Assembly (NCBI GenBank): GCA_030390025.1
Contig: CM059432.1
Coordinates: 2,790,001-2,854,000 of the forward strand
Length of the DNA stretch: 64,000 bases
Reading direction: 5' to 3'
From: Squalus acanthias
Lineage: Eukaryota
Part shown: positions 1 to 12,237 of the stretch, piece by piece
Numbering within the stretch: the stretch's first letter is position 1
How the letters are laid out: every line of letters starts with the position of its first letter
Notes under the pieces: generated by a model
What the model saw: the letters and a program-made list of their open reading frames with translations, nothing else
Told to the model about the DNA's origin: nothing
Databases searched by the model: none
Position numbers and translations under genes: made by a program

Positions 1-34
1 GAGTAACTATCTAGTTTGCTTTTGGATAATTTTT

Positions 35-365
35 CTAGGCTTTGCTTCAACAATGGTTTGTGACAGAGGATTCCACATTCCAACCACCCTAATCCTTTAA
101 ATCTTTTTGTGATTATCTTAAATGTGTGCCCTTTCATTACCAGATCACTGATCAGTGGGAACAATCTAACACTACTTACCTTATAACCTTTCGTAATCTT
201 GAAGACCTCGATCAGGTCACCCCTTAACCTTCTTAGCTGCAGGGGAAAAGTTCCTAACTTCTCAACTCCCTTTTCATAACTGTAATCTGCCAACCCTGGC
301 GACATCCCATACATATCCATTGCTTTCATATCCTTTCTATCAGGAACTGCCCATAACTGCATGGA
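35..365 (-). mobile_element. Old, diverged CR1-type LINE 3' fragment
   Basis: Degenerate match to the RT C-terminal (LRGDLIEVFKI) segment present in other copies in the window. Confidence 0.65.
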
Positions 366-419
366 ACACTCTACATAGGTAGAAACAGGAGTAGGTCATT
401 CAGCCCCTCCACCCTGCAC

Positions 420-645
420 TATTTCGAAGAGGAGAATAGGGCCTTCTCCCCGGTGTCCAGGCCAATATTTATCTCTAAAACACTTCACATTGCAGTTTGT
501 GGGAGCTTGCTGTGCACAAATTGGCTGCCGCGTTTCCTACGTGACAACAGTGACTACACTTCAAAAGTACTTCATTGGCTGTAAAGCGCTTTGGGACATC
601 CTGAGATTGTGAAAGGCGCTATGGAAATTGCAAGTCTTTCTTTCT
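420..645 (+). mobile_element. DeuSINE (SacSINE1-like) 3' fragment
   Basis: gtgggagcttgctgtgcacaaattggctgccgcg...aaaggcgct tail shared with full-length copies. Confidence 0.8.
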
Positions 646-1296
646 ATCAGTAACGGGTAACATAACGAAGTCTATTGTGAGGGACAGGCTGGAGGAGTCC
701 AACAGATACATAGCAAAGACATGGTCAACAGCAGTTTAGGAAGGAATGGCCTTTCTTGACGAGCCTCTTTAACTTAACTTTGAGAAAGTTGCCAATAAAA
801 CAGATAGTGGCACTCCCTGTGCTATAGCTTTCCACACCCAGTATTTACTTTACAAAGCCGCTGTGTTGCTGTTTCAAACTGTCAACGGGTGGTAAGAAAG
901 TCCACGGGACATGGAAAAGGAACCAGCCCTACTCCAGAAACACACTTAGAAGACTGAGGAAGATGTGTTTGGATCTGCCTAAAAAAACAGAGCAACTAGA
1001 TGTAAAAGTCAAGTGCTTTTTTTTTCCCATTCATTCACGGAATGTGGGCGTCGCTGGCAAGGCCAGCGTTTTTGCCCATCCCCAATCGCCCCAGTGCAAA
1101 GCTACTAACCACTTTCAGTGAGAAGGAAGTGGTTTAGGAGCTGATTTAATAGATGTTCCAACACGAGCAAGAGCATTAAAGGGCAATTGGTGGGAAGAAT
1201 TGCAGAATGTGAATGAGATTGGGAGAATCCAGGAAAATGGTGATGGGGAGGGGGAAGGCAGTTAAAGTGTGGAGCTGTTGAAGCCACGATTGCATT

Positions 1297-1915
1297 GAAT
1301 TACACAGAATGTACAGCCCAACTGCTCCGTGCCGGTGTTTCTGCTCCACACGAGCCTCCTCCCACCCCTCTTCATCTCACCCTATCAGCATATCCTTCTA
1401 TTCCTCCCTCCCTCATGTGTTTATCTAGCCTCCCCTTAAATGCATCTGTGCTATTCGCCTCAACCACTCCCTGTGATAGCGAGTTCCACATTCTCACCAC
1501 TCTCTGGGTAAAGAACTTTCTCCTGAACTCCCTACTGGATTTATTAGTGACTATCTTATATTGATGGCCCCTAGTTCTGGTCTCCCCCGCAAGTGGAGAC
1601 ATCTTCTCTACGTCCACCCTGTCGAACCCTTTCATAATTTTAAAGACCTCTATCAGGTCACCCCTCAGCCTTCTCTTATCTAGAGAAAAGAGCCCCAGCC
1701 TGTTCAATCTTTCCTGATGGGTATAACTTCGGGGGGAGTGGGATGAGTTGAGGTGCTCTTGCAGAGAGCCGGCACGGGCTCGACGGGCCAAATGGCCTCC
1801 TTCTGTACTGTAACCATTCTATGATTCTAACCTCTCAGTTCTGGTATCAACCTTGTAAATCTTTTTTGCATCTTCTCCATTGACTCAATATCCTTTTTTT
1901 GAAATATTCAGACCA
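1297..1915 (-). mobile_element. CR1/HER1-type LINE 3' fragment, with a second LINE tail inserted at about 1730-1828
   Basis: ORF 1372-1791 contains RLNRLGLFSL..RLRGDLIEVFKIMKG..TRGH..FFTQRVV..WNSL. Confidence 0.85.
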
Positions 1916-2159
1916 AAAGGGTGAAGAATGCCCACAATAAAGGTCACGAGATAATTATGAATGAGGGAACCAGTCGGCCTATCCATGCAGAGATGGCCGA
2001 CAATCCCTCATTTCAGTTTTCAATTGCTTCTCAAATGATTCCAAGGTTTTCGCCAGTCTATCCCGGAGTCCACTCCATGTATTGACCTGACCATTCTTTG
2101 TGTAAAGAAGAACTGCCTGATACCAGGTTGTCCTTTAGCAGCCTCACCCTGTGTGACTA

Positions 2160-3850
2160 TGTCAGCCGTGGCTCACTGGGTCGCACTCTCTCTCTCGTCT
2201 CTGAGTCAAAAAGTTGTGGGTTCAAGTCTGAGGTGCCGTCTTTTGGATGAGACGTTAAACCAAGGCCCTGTCTGCTCTCTCAGGTGGATGTAAAAGATCC
2301 CATGGCACTATTTTGAAGAAGAGCAGGGGAGTTATGCCCGGTGTTCTGGCCAATATTTATCCCTCAATCAACATCACTAAAAAAACAGATTATCTGATCA
2401 TTATCACATTCCAGCCAGCACTGATTTGTTAAAGGCAAATTGTGTTTAACTAACTTGATCGAGTTTTTTGATGAGGTAACAGAGTGGGTTGATGAGGGCA
2501 ATGCGGTTGACGTGGTGTACATGGACTTCCAAAAGGCGTTTGATAAAGTGCCATATAACAGGCTTGCCAGCAAAGTTGAAGCCCATGAAATAAAAGGGAC
2601 AGTGGCAGCATGGATATAAAATTGGCTAAGTGACAGGAAACAGAGAGTAGTGGTGAACAGTTGTTTTTCGGACTGGAGGAAGGTAGAGAGTGGTGTTCCC
2701 CAGGGGTCGGTACTAGGACCACTGCTTTTCTTGGTATATATTAATGACTTGGATGTGGGTGTACAGGGCACTATTTCAAAATTTGCAGATGACACAAAAC
2801 TTGAAAGTATTGTGAACAGTGAGGAGGATAGTGATAGATTTCAAGAGGACATAGACAGGCTGGTGGAATGGGCGGACACGTGGCAGATGAAATTTAACGC
2901 AAAAATGTGAGAAGTGATACATTACGGCAGGAAGAATGAGGAGAGGCAATATAAACTAAAGGGTACAATCCTAAAGGGGGTGCATGAACAGAGAGACCTG
3001 GGGGTATATGTGCACAAATCGTTGAAGGTGGCAGGGCAGATTGAGAAAGCAGTTAAAAAAGCATATGGGATACTGTGCTTCATAAATAAAGGTATAGAGT
3101 ACAAAAGCAAAGAAGTTATGATGAACCTTTATAAAACACTGGTCCGACCTCAATTGGAGTATTGTGCCCAATTCTGGGCACTGCACTTTAGGAAGGATGT
3201 GAAGGCCTTAGAGAGGGTGCAGAAAAGATTTACAAGAATGGTTCCAGGGATGAGGGACTTCAGTTACACGGATAGACTGGAGAAGCTAGGGTTTTTCTCC
3301 TTAGAGCAGAGAAGGTTGAGAGGAGATTTGATAGAGGTGTTCAAAATCATGAGGGGTCTAGACAGAGTAAATAGAGAGAAAGTGTTCCCATTGGCAGAGG
3401 GTCGAGAACCAGAGGACACAGATTTAAGGTGATTGGCAGAAGAACCAAAGGCGACATGAGGAAAAACCTTTTTACGCAGCGAGTGGTTAGGATCTGGAAT
3501 GCACGGCCTGAAAGGGCGGTGGAGGCAGATTCAATTGTGGCTTTCAAAAGGGAGTTGGATAAGTACCTGAAGGAAAATAATTTGCAGGGCTACGGGGAAA
3601 GGGCGGGGGAGTGGGACTGGCTGAAGTGCTCTTGCAGAGAGCCAGCACGGGCTCGATGGGCCGAATGGCCTCCTTCTGTGTTGCAACCATTCTATGAATC
3701 TATTCTGTTTGTGAGACCTTGCTGTACGCAAATTGGCTGTTGCATTTCCTACATTACAACAGTGACTACATTTCAAAAGTACTTCATTGGCTGTAAAGAG
3801 CATTGGGACATCCGGGGGTCGTGAAAGGTGCTAGAGAAATGCAAGTCATT
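2160..3850 (+). mobile_element. DeuSINE split by a CR1 LINE insertion
   Basis: tRNA-like head and Deu domain at 2160-2410; the SINE body resumes at about 3705 (ctgtttgtg...aaatgcaagtc). Confidence 0.8.
2411..3704 (+). mobile_element. CR1/HER1 LINE 5'-truncated copy (RT domain to 3' tail)
   Basis: [10 protein letters not shown] and KFADD RT motifs, C-terminal RPQLEYC..WN motifs, frameshifts, and tail stem-loop gggctcgatgggccgaatggcc. Confidence 0.92.
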
Positions 3851-4346
3851 TTATCCATTTCTTATTCACACAGTTTCATTTGAAGTAATTTTTCATATTT
3901 ATTTTATGGTCTATTCTGGTGAAAAGCCCCAGTACAGTAAATAATAATTCCAGACTTCAAGAGTTGCATTGGAATGCAATTCCCCCCCCCCCCCACCGCC
4001 CCCGCTCACCTATCCCCACCAGCAATAAGCTCCTGAAAGCCCAATTCCGGGCGGGAGCTCTCGATGAGTAGCTAATACGGTAAACCTCAGGAATTTGCGT
4101 GACACTGACTCAGTGCTGACTAGAGAAAATTTACCCTCTTGAGTTTCTTGCCAGTATCATTTTTTAATTCGTTCCATTACTTCACCTCCTGTCGTTGACA
4201 TTTGTTTCAAATGCTTCTCTTTTGTAAAGAGTAACATTTTTTGCCTTCAAGGCACTTTACTCAACGATAACTTATCTCAAGGGTTCCTTTTGAGCAACAG
4301 CTGCACGAAAATGGCAAGGAGCCACTCCCCACACTCCTGTCACAAC

Positions 4347-4565
4347 AGTGAGAAGTTGCACAACACCAGGTTATAGTCCAACAGCTTTATTTGAAATCAC
4401 AAGCTTTCGGAGCGCTGCTCCTTCGTCAGGTGAAGTCACACTTCACCTGACGAAGGAGCAGCCGCTCCGAAAGCTTGTGATTTCAAATAAAGCTGTTGGA
4501 CTATAACCTGGTGTTGTGCGACTTCTCACTTTTGTCCACCCCAGTCCAACACCGGCATCTCCGCA
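4347..4565. mobile_element. Penelope-like fold-back insertion (90-bp inverted arms) with a 12-bp target-site duplication
   Basis: Arms 4347-4436 and 4440-4530 around a 3-nt loop; tcctgtcacaac duplicated at 4335-4346 and 4566-4577. Confidence 0.85.
4443..4480 (+). ncRNA. Minimal hammerhead ribozyme motif (inverted copy at 4397-4433 on the minus strand)
   Basis: tcac-CTGACGA-a-ggagc/gctcc-GAAA-gc-tt-gtga: core boxes, stem II, stem I tcac/gtga, palindromic aagctt stem III. Confidence 0.7.
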
Positions 4566-4674
4566 TCCTGTCACAACGACAGCGGAGAGCAGCAAACATC
4601 CAGAACTCCTTCAAAGGTGAAGCAGCGTGACTGGTCGAGTCATTTTAGTTGTGATGAATTTTGGCAATGCATGA

Positions 4675-5660
4675 CCTCCCCCCCCCTCCCTATCTCCGCA
4701 ACCTCCTCCAGCCCTACAACCCACTTATGTTCCTCCAATTCCGACCTCTTGAGCATCCCCAATTTCCATCGCTCCACCATTGGCGGCCGTGCCTTCAGCT
4801 GCCTGGGCCCCAAGCTGTGGAATTCCCTCCCTAAACCTCTCCTCCTCTCTCTCCTCCTTTAAGACGTTCCTTAAAACCTACCTCTTTGACCAAGCTTTTG
4901 GTCGCCTGTTCTAATATCTCTTAATGTGGCTCGGTGTCAAATTTTTGTCTGATAATCGTTCACTAGGCTGATTCCTGGGATGAAGGGATTGTCTTATGAG
5001 GAAAGGTTGAACAGATTGGACCTATACTCATTGGAGTTTAGAAGAATGAGAGGGGATCTTATTGAAACATATAAGATTCTGAGGGGATTGGACAGGGTAG
5101 ATGCAGGGAGGATGTTTCCCCTCGTGGGGGAATCTAGAACGAGGGGGCATAGTCTCAGAATAAGGGGTCGCCCATTTAAGACGGAGATGAGGAGGAATTT
5201 CTTCTCTCAGAGGTCTTGAGTCTGTGGAATTCTCTACCCGAGAGAGCTGTGGAGGCTGGGTCATTGAATACATTCAAGGTGGAGATAGACAGATTTTTGA
5301 AAAACAGGGGAGTCAAGGGTTATGTGGAGCGGGCAGGAAAGTGGAGTTGAGGCCAAAATCGTATCAGCCATGATCTCATTAAATAGCGAAGCAGGCTCGA
5401 GGGGCCGAATGGCCGACTCCTGCTCCTATTTCTTATGTTCTTATGTTCTCCTGTGAAGCGCCTTGGCATCAATGTCCCCTTAATTTTAAATTTGGGGTGC
5501 GCGGTCCCTTTAACGAGCTGTGCGGCCCATTCAAAGTTTCACGCATGCGTGAAACTTCACGTTGGAAAAGCGGCAGACAGCTGCGCAGCTGAGCGGAGCG
5601 TTACTTGGGACGCTTTACTAGGTTAAAGGCGCTATATAATTGCAAGGTGTTATTATTGAA
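4675..5660 (+). mobile_element. L2-clade LINE 3' end interrupted by a CR1 fragment (about 4958-5448) and a small hAT-type MITE (5470-5603)
   Basis: GGRAFSCLGPKLWNSLP motif and the aaaggcgctatataa tail; the CR1 part reads RRMRGDLIETYKIL. Confidence 0.8.
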
Positions 5661-6009
5661 AGTCCATATACACAACATCAACCGCACTACCTTCAGCAAC
5701 CCTCCCCGCTATTTCATCAAAGAACTCAATCAAGTTAGTCAGACATGATTTGCCTTCAACAAATCAGTGCTGGCTGTCATTCATTAAGTTGTTGTAGTCG
5801 GTCATTTTAAAGGAATATATCACTGAATACTTCTCCCAGGATCCCATTCCACCACTTAGCTGCTGCTGTATGGAGAAAATCTTTCTAATCTTTAGTATTT
5901 CTTGAAGTTAAAAAATGTTGTACTCATGACCTCTAGCTTTACTACATCCTACATCTGCATGTGTCCCTCTCAGCATTTCAAATGTGCCTTTCCCCAAGAA
6001 CTCCAGCTT

Positions 6010-6415
6010 AGAAAGAAAAAAGACAGACCTGCATTTCTGTAGCGCCTTTCACGACCTCAGGACGTCCCAAAGCGCTTTACAGCCAATGAAGTACTTTTTG
6101 AAGTGGAGTCACTGTTGTAATGTGGGAAACGCGGGAGCCAATTTGCGCACAGCAAGCTCCCACAAACAGCAATGTGATAATGACCAGATAATCTGTTTTT
6201 GTTATGTTGATTGAGGGATAAATATTGGCCCCAGGACACTGGGGAGAACTCCCCTGCTCTTCTTCGAAATAGTGGCCATGGGATCTTTTACCTCCGCCTG
6301 AGAGCGCAGACGGGGCCTTGGTTTAACATCTCATCCAAAAGACGGCCCCTCCGACAGTGCGGCGCTCCCTCGGCACTGCGCTGGAGTGTCAGCCTAGATT
6401 TTTGTGCTCAAGCCT
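6010..6415 (-). mobile_element. DeuSINE, 5'-truncated
   Basis: Reverse-complement match to the full copy at 22396-22866. Confidence 0.85.
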
Positions 6416-6541
6416 CTGCAACGGTTAGGTATAACAAGGTAAAGGTCTCCTTGCCCAACAAAGTGCGTTAATCCCAGCTCTAATTATCATCACCTACTGT
6501 GTGAATAAACTGTCCAAAGGAGAAGGCTCATTGCCCTAGGT

Positions 6542-7010
6542 GTCAGTGGTGGCCCAGTGGGTCGCACTCTTGTGTCTGAGTCAGAAGGTTGTGCGTTCAA
6601 GGCCAGAGACTTAAGCACATAATCCAGGCTGACACTCCCAGTGCCAGTACTTTTTTTTTCATTCGTTCATGGAATTTGGGCGTCGCCGGCGAGGCCGGCA
6701 TTTATTGCCCATCCCTAATTGCCCTCGAGAAGGTGGTGGTGAGCCGCCATTTCAGAGGGCTGTTAAGAGTCAACCACATTGCTGTGGGTCTGGAGTCACA
6801 TATGGGCCAGACCGGGTAAGGCTGGCAGATTTCCTTCCCTAAAGGACATTAGTGAACCAGATGGGTTTCTCCAACAATCTGATAGTTTCATGGTCACCAT
6901 TACTGATAGTAGCTTTTTTTTTGTAAATTCCACTGTCGGAGGCGCCGTCTTTCGGCTAAGACGTTCAACTGAGGTCCCGTCTGCCCTCTCAGGTGGATGG
7001 AAAAGATCCC
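6542..7010. mobile_element. DeuSINE fragment (+) interrupted by a tRNA-Thr-like SINE fragment (-, about 6648-6930)
   Basis: DeuSINE head at 6542-6648 resumes at cactgtcggagg near 6931; the insert matches 62540-63040 in reverse. Confidence 0.7.
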
Positions 7011-7988
7011 AGGTGTGTCCTGTCCACAAAACGCAGGACAAATCCAATCCGGCCAATTACCGCCCCATCAGTCTACTCTCAATCATCAGCAACGTGATGG
7101 AAGGTGTCACCGACAGTGCTATCAAGCGGCACTTACTCACCAATAACCTGCTCACCAATGCTCTGTTTGGGTTCTGCCAGGACCACTCGGTTTCCCGACC
7201 TCATTACAGCCTTGGTCCAAACAGAAGAGCTGAATTCCAGAGGTGAGGAGAGGTGAGAGTGACTGCCCTTGACATCAAAGCAGCATTTCACTGAGTGTAG
7301 TACCAAGGAGCCCTCGTAAAACTGAAGTCAATGGGAATCGGGGGGAATACCTAACACAAAGGTTGTGGTTGTTGGAGGCCAATCATTTCAGCCCCAGGAC
7401 ATCGCTGCAGGAGTTCCTCAGGGCAGTGTCCTAGGCCCAACTATCTTCTGCTGTTTCATCAATGACCTGCCCTCCATCACAAGGTCAGAAGTGGAGATGT
7501 TTGCTGATGATTGCACAATGTTCAGGTCCATTCGCAATTCCTCAGATAAAGAAGCAGTCCATGCCAAGCTCCTAGGCTCTGGAATTCCCTCGATAAACCT
7601 CTCTATCTCTCCTCCTTAAAACCTAACTCTTTGACCAAGCTTTTAGTCACTGTTTTTTATTCAAGGGGAGGTGGTTAGATTCTCTTTTGTTGGAGATGGT
7701 CTTTGCCTGGCACTTGTGTGGCGCGAATGTTACTTGCAACTTACCACCTCTAAGTTCTCTTCCAAGTCACACACCATTTTGCCTTGGAAATATATCGCCG
7801 TTCCTTCATCGTCGCTGGGTCAAAATCCTGGAATTCCCTCCCTAACAGCACTGTGGGAGCACCTTCACCACACGGACTGCAGCGGTTCAAGAAGGCGGCT
7901 CACCACCACCTTCTCAAGGGCAATTAGAGATGGGCAATAAATGCTGGCCTTGCCAGCGATGCCCGCATCTCGTGAATGAATAAAAAAG
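7010..7988 (+). mobile_element. Fragments of a second CR1-type LINE group (A-rich tail)
   Basis: [19 protein letters not shown] and MFADD motifs; tail gggcaataaatgctggccttgccagcga...gaataaaaaa. Confidence 0.8.
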
Positions 7989-8240
7989 AGTGACCAAAAG
8001 CTTGGTCAAAGAGGTAGGCTTTAAGGAGCGTCTTAAAGGAAGAGAGACGGTGTGGTTTAGGGAGGGAATTCCAGAGCTTAGGACCTAGGCAGCTGAAGGC
8101 ACGGCCGCCAATGGTGGAACGATGAAAATCGGGGATGCTCAAGAGGCCAGAATTGGAGGGGCGCAGAGATCTCGGAGAATTGTGGGGCTGGAGGAGATCA
8201 CAGAGATAGGGAGGGGCGAGACCACGGAGGGATTTTAAAA
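7989..8240 (-). mobile_element. L2 LINE fragment
   Basis: STIGGRAFSCLGPKLWNSLP on the minus strand. Confidence 0.8.
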
Positions 8241-8694
8241 TTGACTAAAATTTAATCAAATCTCCTGTGAGAATTAAGATGCGAAAGGGGACCAGATAAG
8301 AATCCTTTTGTTTTTGCTGTACACTACCTGAATATAATCCTTTTAACAGTGTGTAGTCAGCATGTCCAAACCTATATGCAGAGGATATAATTTTAAACTA
8401 TTTGGATGTATATCTTGCACAGACACTAAATGAGGATATTGATTACATAAGAAAAAGGATGAAATAAAAATAATTAAAAGTTGAAGATCAGAAAGGCACA
8501 CCTGGATTTCTTTTAATTTAACAAAACACCTTAAGTTCAATAAGGCAATCTATCCAAAGCTCGTACAAGATAAAATCTAAACATGTACAGTCTATAAACT
8601 GATCTACATGAAATATAAACCATTTATTTGGAATTGTCACAATTTAGGAAAGACTGTGGCCAAAAATGAACTTTTCTGTGGAGGGTGAAGCACT

Positions 8695-8985
8695 TAGAAT
8701 CATAGAATGATGCAGCACAGAAGGAGTCCATTCGGGCCATCGTGCCTGTGCCGGCTCTTTGAAAGAGCTCTCCAATTAGTCCCACTCCCCCCTGCTCTTT
8801 CCCCAGAGCCCTGCAAATTTCTCCTTTTCGAGTATTTATCTAATTCCCTTTTGAAAGTTACTATTGAATCTGCTTCCACCGCCCGTTCAGGCAGCACGTT
8901 CCAGATCACAACAACTCGCTGCGTAAAAAATGTCTCCTCATCTCCCCCACTGGTTCTTTTACCAATTACCTTAAATCTATGTCCT
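8695..8985 (-). mobile_element. CR1 LINE 3' tail fragment
   Basis: FTQRVV..WN..FKRELDKY motif and the attctatg tail repeat. Confidence 0.8.
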
Positions 8986-9129
8986 GACGCTGGCAAAACT
9001 ATTCATAGAATTGTAGAATTTGCAGAACAGGAGGGGGCCATTTGGCCCATCGTGCCAGAGCTGGTGATGCTAGCTCTTTAGCTTGTATACTGTAACGTAT
9101 TTCCCTGAACCATATCATATTTTCAAGTA

Positions 9130-9681
9130 CAACAGCAAAATACTGTGGATGCTGGAAATCTGAAATAACAACAGAAAATGCTGGAAGCACTCAGCAGGCC
9201 AGGCAGCATCCGTGGAGAGAGAAACACTCCCACTCTGACCTCTCTGTCCTCGGCCTCTTACACTCTTCCAATGAAGCTCAACGTAAGCTCGAGGAACAGC
9301 ACCTCATCTTTCGATTAGGCACTTTACAGCCTTCTGGACTCAACATTGAGTTCAACAATTTCAGACTATAAACCCCTGCCCCCATTTTTCAGGCGGCAGC
9401 TGTTGATGATTTTGCTATCCTCCCCATTTGCAACATTTAATCTTTCCTGCCTCCTAACCTAGCACAGATTATTCCTTCAGTTCCCCCTCCCTTCCACCCC
9501 CCCCCCCCCCCCCCCCCCCCCCGCCTTTCACTGTCTCTGCACCTGCTTAAAATCTGTTACATCTCTAACTTTTTCCAGTTCTGATGAAGGGTCCCAGACC
9601 TGAAACGTTAACTCTGTTTCTCTCTCCACGGATGCTGCCTGGCCTGCTGAGTGCTTTCAGCATTTTCTGTTGTTATTTCAG
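9130..9681 (+). mobile_element. Penelope-like element 3' fragment with inverted pseudo-LTR
   Basis: 9243-9371 translates SVLGLLHSSNEAQRKLEEQHLIFRLGTLQPSGLNIEFNNFRL-stop, typical of the C-terminal end of the PLE GIY-YIG endonuclease. About 9155-9226 is the inverse of about 9615-9685. attttcaagta is duplicated at 9119-9129 and 9682-9692. Confidence 0.85.
9577..9613 (+). ncRNA. Minimal hammerhead ribozyme motif in the Penelope pseudo-LTR
   Basis: agtt-CTGATGA-agggtc-cca-gacct-GAAA-cg-tt-aact; palindromic aacgtt stem III, stem I agtt/aact. Confidence 0.7.
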
Positions 9682-9777
9682 ATTTTCAAGTATTTATCCA
9701 ATTCCCTTTTAAAAGTTACTGGTGAATCTGCTTCCACCGCCCTTTCAGGCAGCGCGCTCCTATAACAACAACAACGA

Positions 9778-10258
9778 CTTGATTGATTCCTGGGATGAGA
9801 GGGCTGTCCTATGATGAGAGATTGTGTAGATTGGGCCTATACTCTCTGGAGTTTAGAAGAATGAGAGGTGATCTCATTGAAACATACAAGATTCTGAGGG
9901 GGATTGACAGGGTAGATGCTGAGAGGTTGTTTCCCCTGGCTGGAGAGTCTAGAACTAGGGGGCATAGTCTCAGGATAATGGGTTGGTCATTTAGGACTGA
10001 GATGAGGAGGAATTTCTTCACTCAGAGGGTGGTGAATCTTTGGAATTCTCTGCCCCAGAGGGCTGTGGAGGCTCAGTCGTTGAGTCATATTCAAGGCTGA
10101 GATAGATAGGTTTTTGGACTCTAGGGGAATCAAGGGATATGGAGATCGGGCAGGAAAGTGGAGTTGAGGTCGAAGATCAGCCATGATCTTATTGAATGTT
10201 GGGGCAGGCTCGAGGGGCCGTATGGCCGACTCCTGCTCCTAATTTTTATGTTGTTATG
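9778..10258 (+). mobile_element. CR1 LINE 3' fragment inserted into a minus-strand L2 tail (L2 continues 10259-10445)
   Basis: ORF 9783-10100 carries CR1 C-terminal motifs; caacaacaac L2 tail on the left and L2 3' UTR on the right. Confidence 0.8.
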
Positions 10259-10992
10259 TAACTTATATTTCTATAACACCTTTAACGTAGTAAAATGTCC
10301 CAAGGCGCTTCACAGGAGCGATTATCAAACAAAATTTGACACCGAGCCACATGAGGAGATTTTAGGGCAGATAACCAAAAGCTTGGCCAAAGAGGTGAGC
10401 TTTAAGGAGCGCCTTAAAGGAGGAGAGAGAGGCGGAGAGGCGGATCATCACAACACTTAAATTTCTTCACTTTTCCGCCTAATGTAACACTTTAATTTAG
10501 GGACAAATTGATTGTTGTGCAACTGTGCCGGCATTTAGCTGGAGGTCTTGCGAAGAAAATTGAACAGATAAAAGGCAACAACAGAAAAAAGCCACTCGGT
10601 GTAAGACAAGAAGAAAAGGGTGAGATACTCCCTCGCCCCCTGCACAATATCAGTTTTATTTCGGCTCACAAAGCTGGTCGCATGAACCGTACTGAGCTTC
10701 ACAAGAGGGAATAGAAATGGCTTCACGTGGGAGAGCAGGTGATAATCTGTTTGTAACATGAGTCGATTCATTATTTCTTTCTCCACAGGCACTTTGTCCT
10801 GTGGGCGTCATAGCGCTATCCTTGGATTTCCACAGTGCAGGCAGAGCCAGGCCTGTGCCAGAAGTCATCATCTTAATTGCATTGAATGTGTTGGTGGCTG
10901 AATCTAGACGAGGGAGAGAGAGAGTGCTGCCGTCAACAAGTAACTCAAGGTTAATTTAATTTAAGAAAAAACAGTTGTGTTTATTTTTCCAA

Positions 10993-11525
10993 CTACACAG
11001 AATGTACAGCACAGAAATAGGTCATTCGGACCATCAGGTCAATGCCGGTGTTTATGCTCCACACGAGCCTCCTCCCACCCCTCTTCATCTCACCCCATCA
11101 ACATAACCTTCTATTCCTTTCTCCCTCATGTGTTTATCAAGTTTCCGCTGAAATGCATCTGTGCTATTGGCCTCAACCACTCCCTGTGGTAGCGAGTTCC
11201 ACATTCTCACCACTCTCTGGGTAAAGAAGTTTCTCCTGAATTCCCTCTTGGATTTATTAGTGACTATCTTATCTTTATGGCCCCTAGTTCTGGTCTCCCC
11301 CACAAGTGGAAACATCTTCTCTACGTCTACCCTATCGAACCCCTTCGTAATCTTGAAGACCTCTATCGGGTCAGCCTTCCCTCTTCTACTTCAGGCTAAA
11401 GGGATCAAGGGATATGGGGAGAAAGCAGGGACAGGGTACTGAGTTTGGATAATCAGCCATGATCTCATTGAATGGCGGAGCAGGCTCGAGGGGCCGAATG
11501 GCCGACTCCTGCTCCTATCTTCTAT
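10993..11525. mobile_element. CR1 3' fragments (minus 10993-11385, plus tail 11392-11525)
   Basis: FFTQRVVRMWNSLPQG on the minus strand; gggatcaagggatatgggg tail on the plus strand. Confidence 0.75.
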
Positions 11526-11696
11526 ACAGTAAAGAGCCCCAGACTTGCATTTCTATAGCGCCTTTCACAACCTCAGGACGTCCCAAAAAGCTTTACAGCC
11601 AATGAAGTCACTGTTGTAATGTAGGAAATACAGCAGCTAATTTGCGAACAGCAAGCTCCCACAAACAGCAATGTGATAATGACCAGATAATCAGAG

Positions 11697-11857
11697 ATAG
11701 GTAGAGAGGTAGGTAGGAAGGTAGGTAGAGGGGTAGGTAGGGGGTAGAGAAGTAGAGGGGTAGAGGGTCGAGGGGTAGGGGGTCGAGGGGTACTGGGTCG
11801 AGGGGTTGAGGGGTAGAGGGTCGAGGGGTAGGGGGTCGAGGTTCGTGGGGTAGGTAG
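11697..11857. repeat. Purine-rich simple repeat (GGTA and GAGGGGTC-like units)
   Basis: Direct inspection; abuts a DeuSINE 3' fragment at 11541-11692. Confidence 0.85.
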
Positions 11858-12237
11858 ACAGACCAATTTATCACAATGAAGATCCAAGGGTGGAGAACAA
11901 TAGAGAATCACGGATTATTTTGAGGTTGTGACAAAGTGACAGACGTTATTAAGAGCCTTGTGTGTATTAAAGGGTTAACGGGAAGTTACAAAGCTGTAAT
12001 TCAATCAAACAGTGCTCGGAATAGCGTACTACGAGGGAGCAAAGGTCAAACCGCTCATGAGCAGCTGAATCTGAAGATATAATTGTTGAATTAAATTCAC
12101 TTCCAACTGTTATTATGTAGTAGAAAGAATGAAGAGTTTATATGAAAAAATACTTCTACAGCAGTTACTATTTCGTGGGTCAGAAGGTTGTGGGTTCAAG
12201 TCCCACTCCAGAGACTTGAACGCAAAATTTAGGCTGA

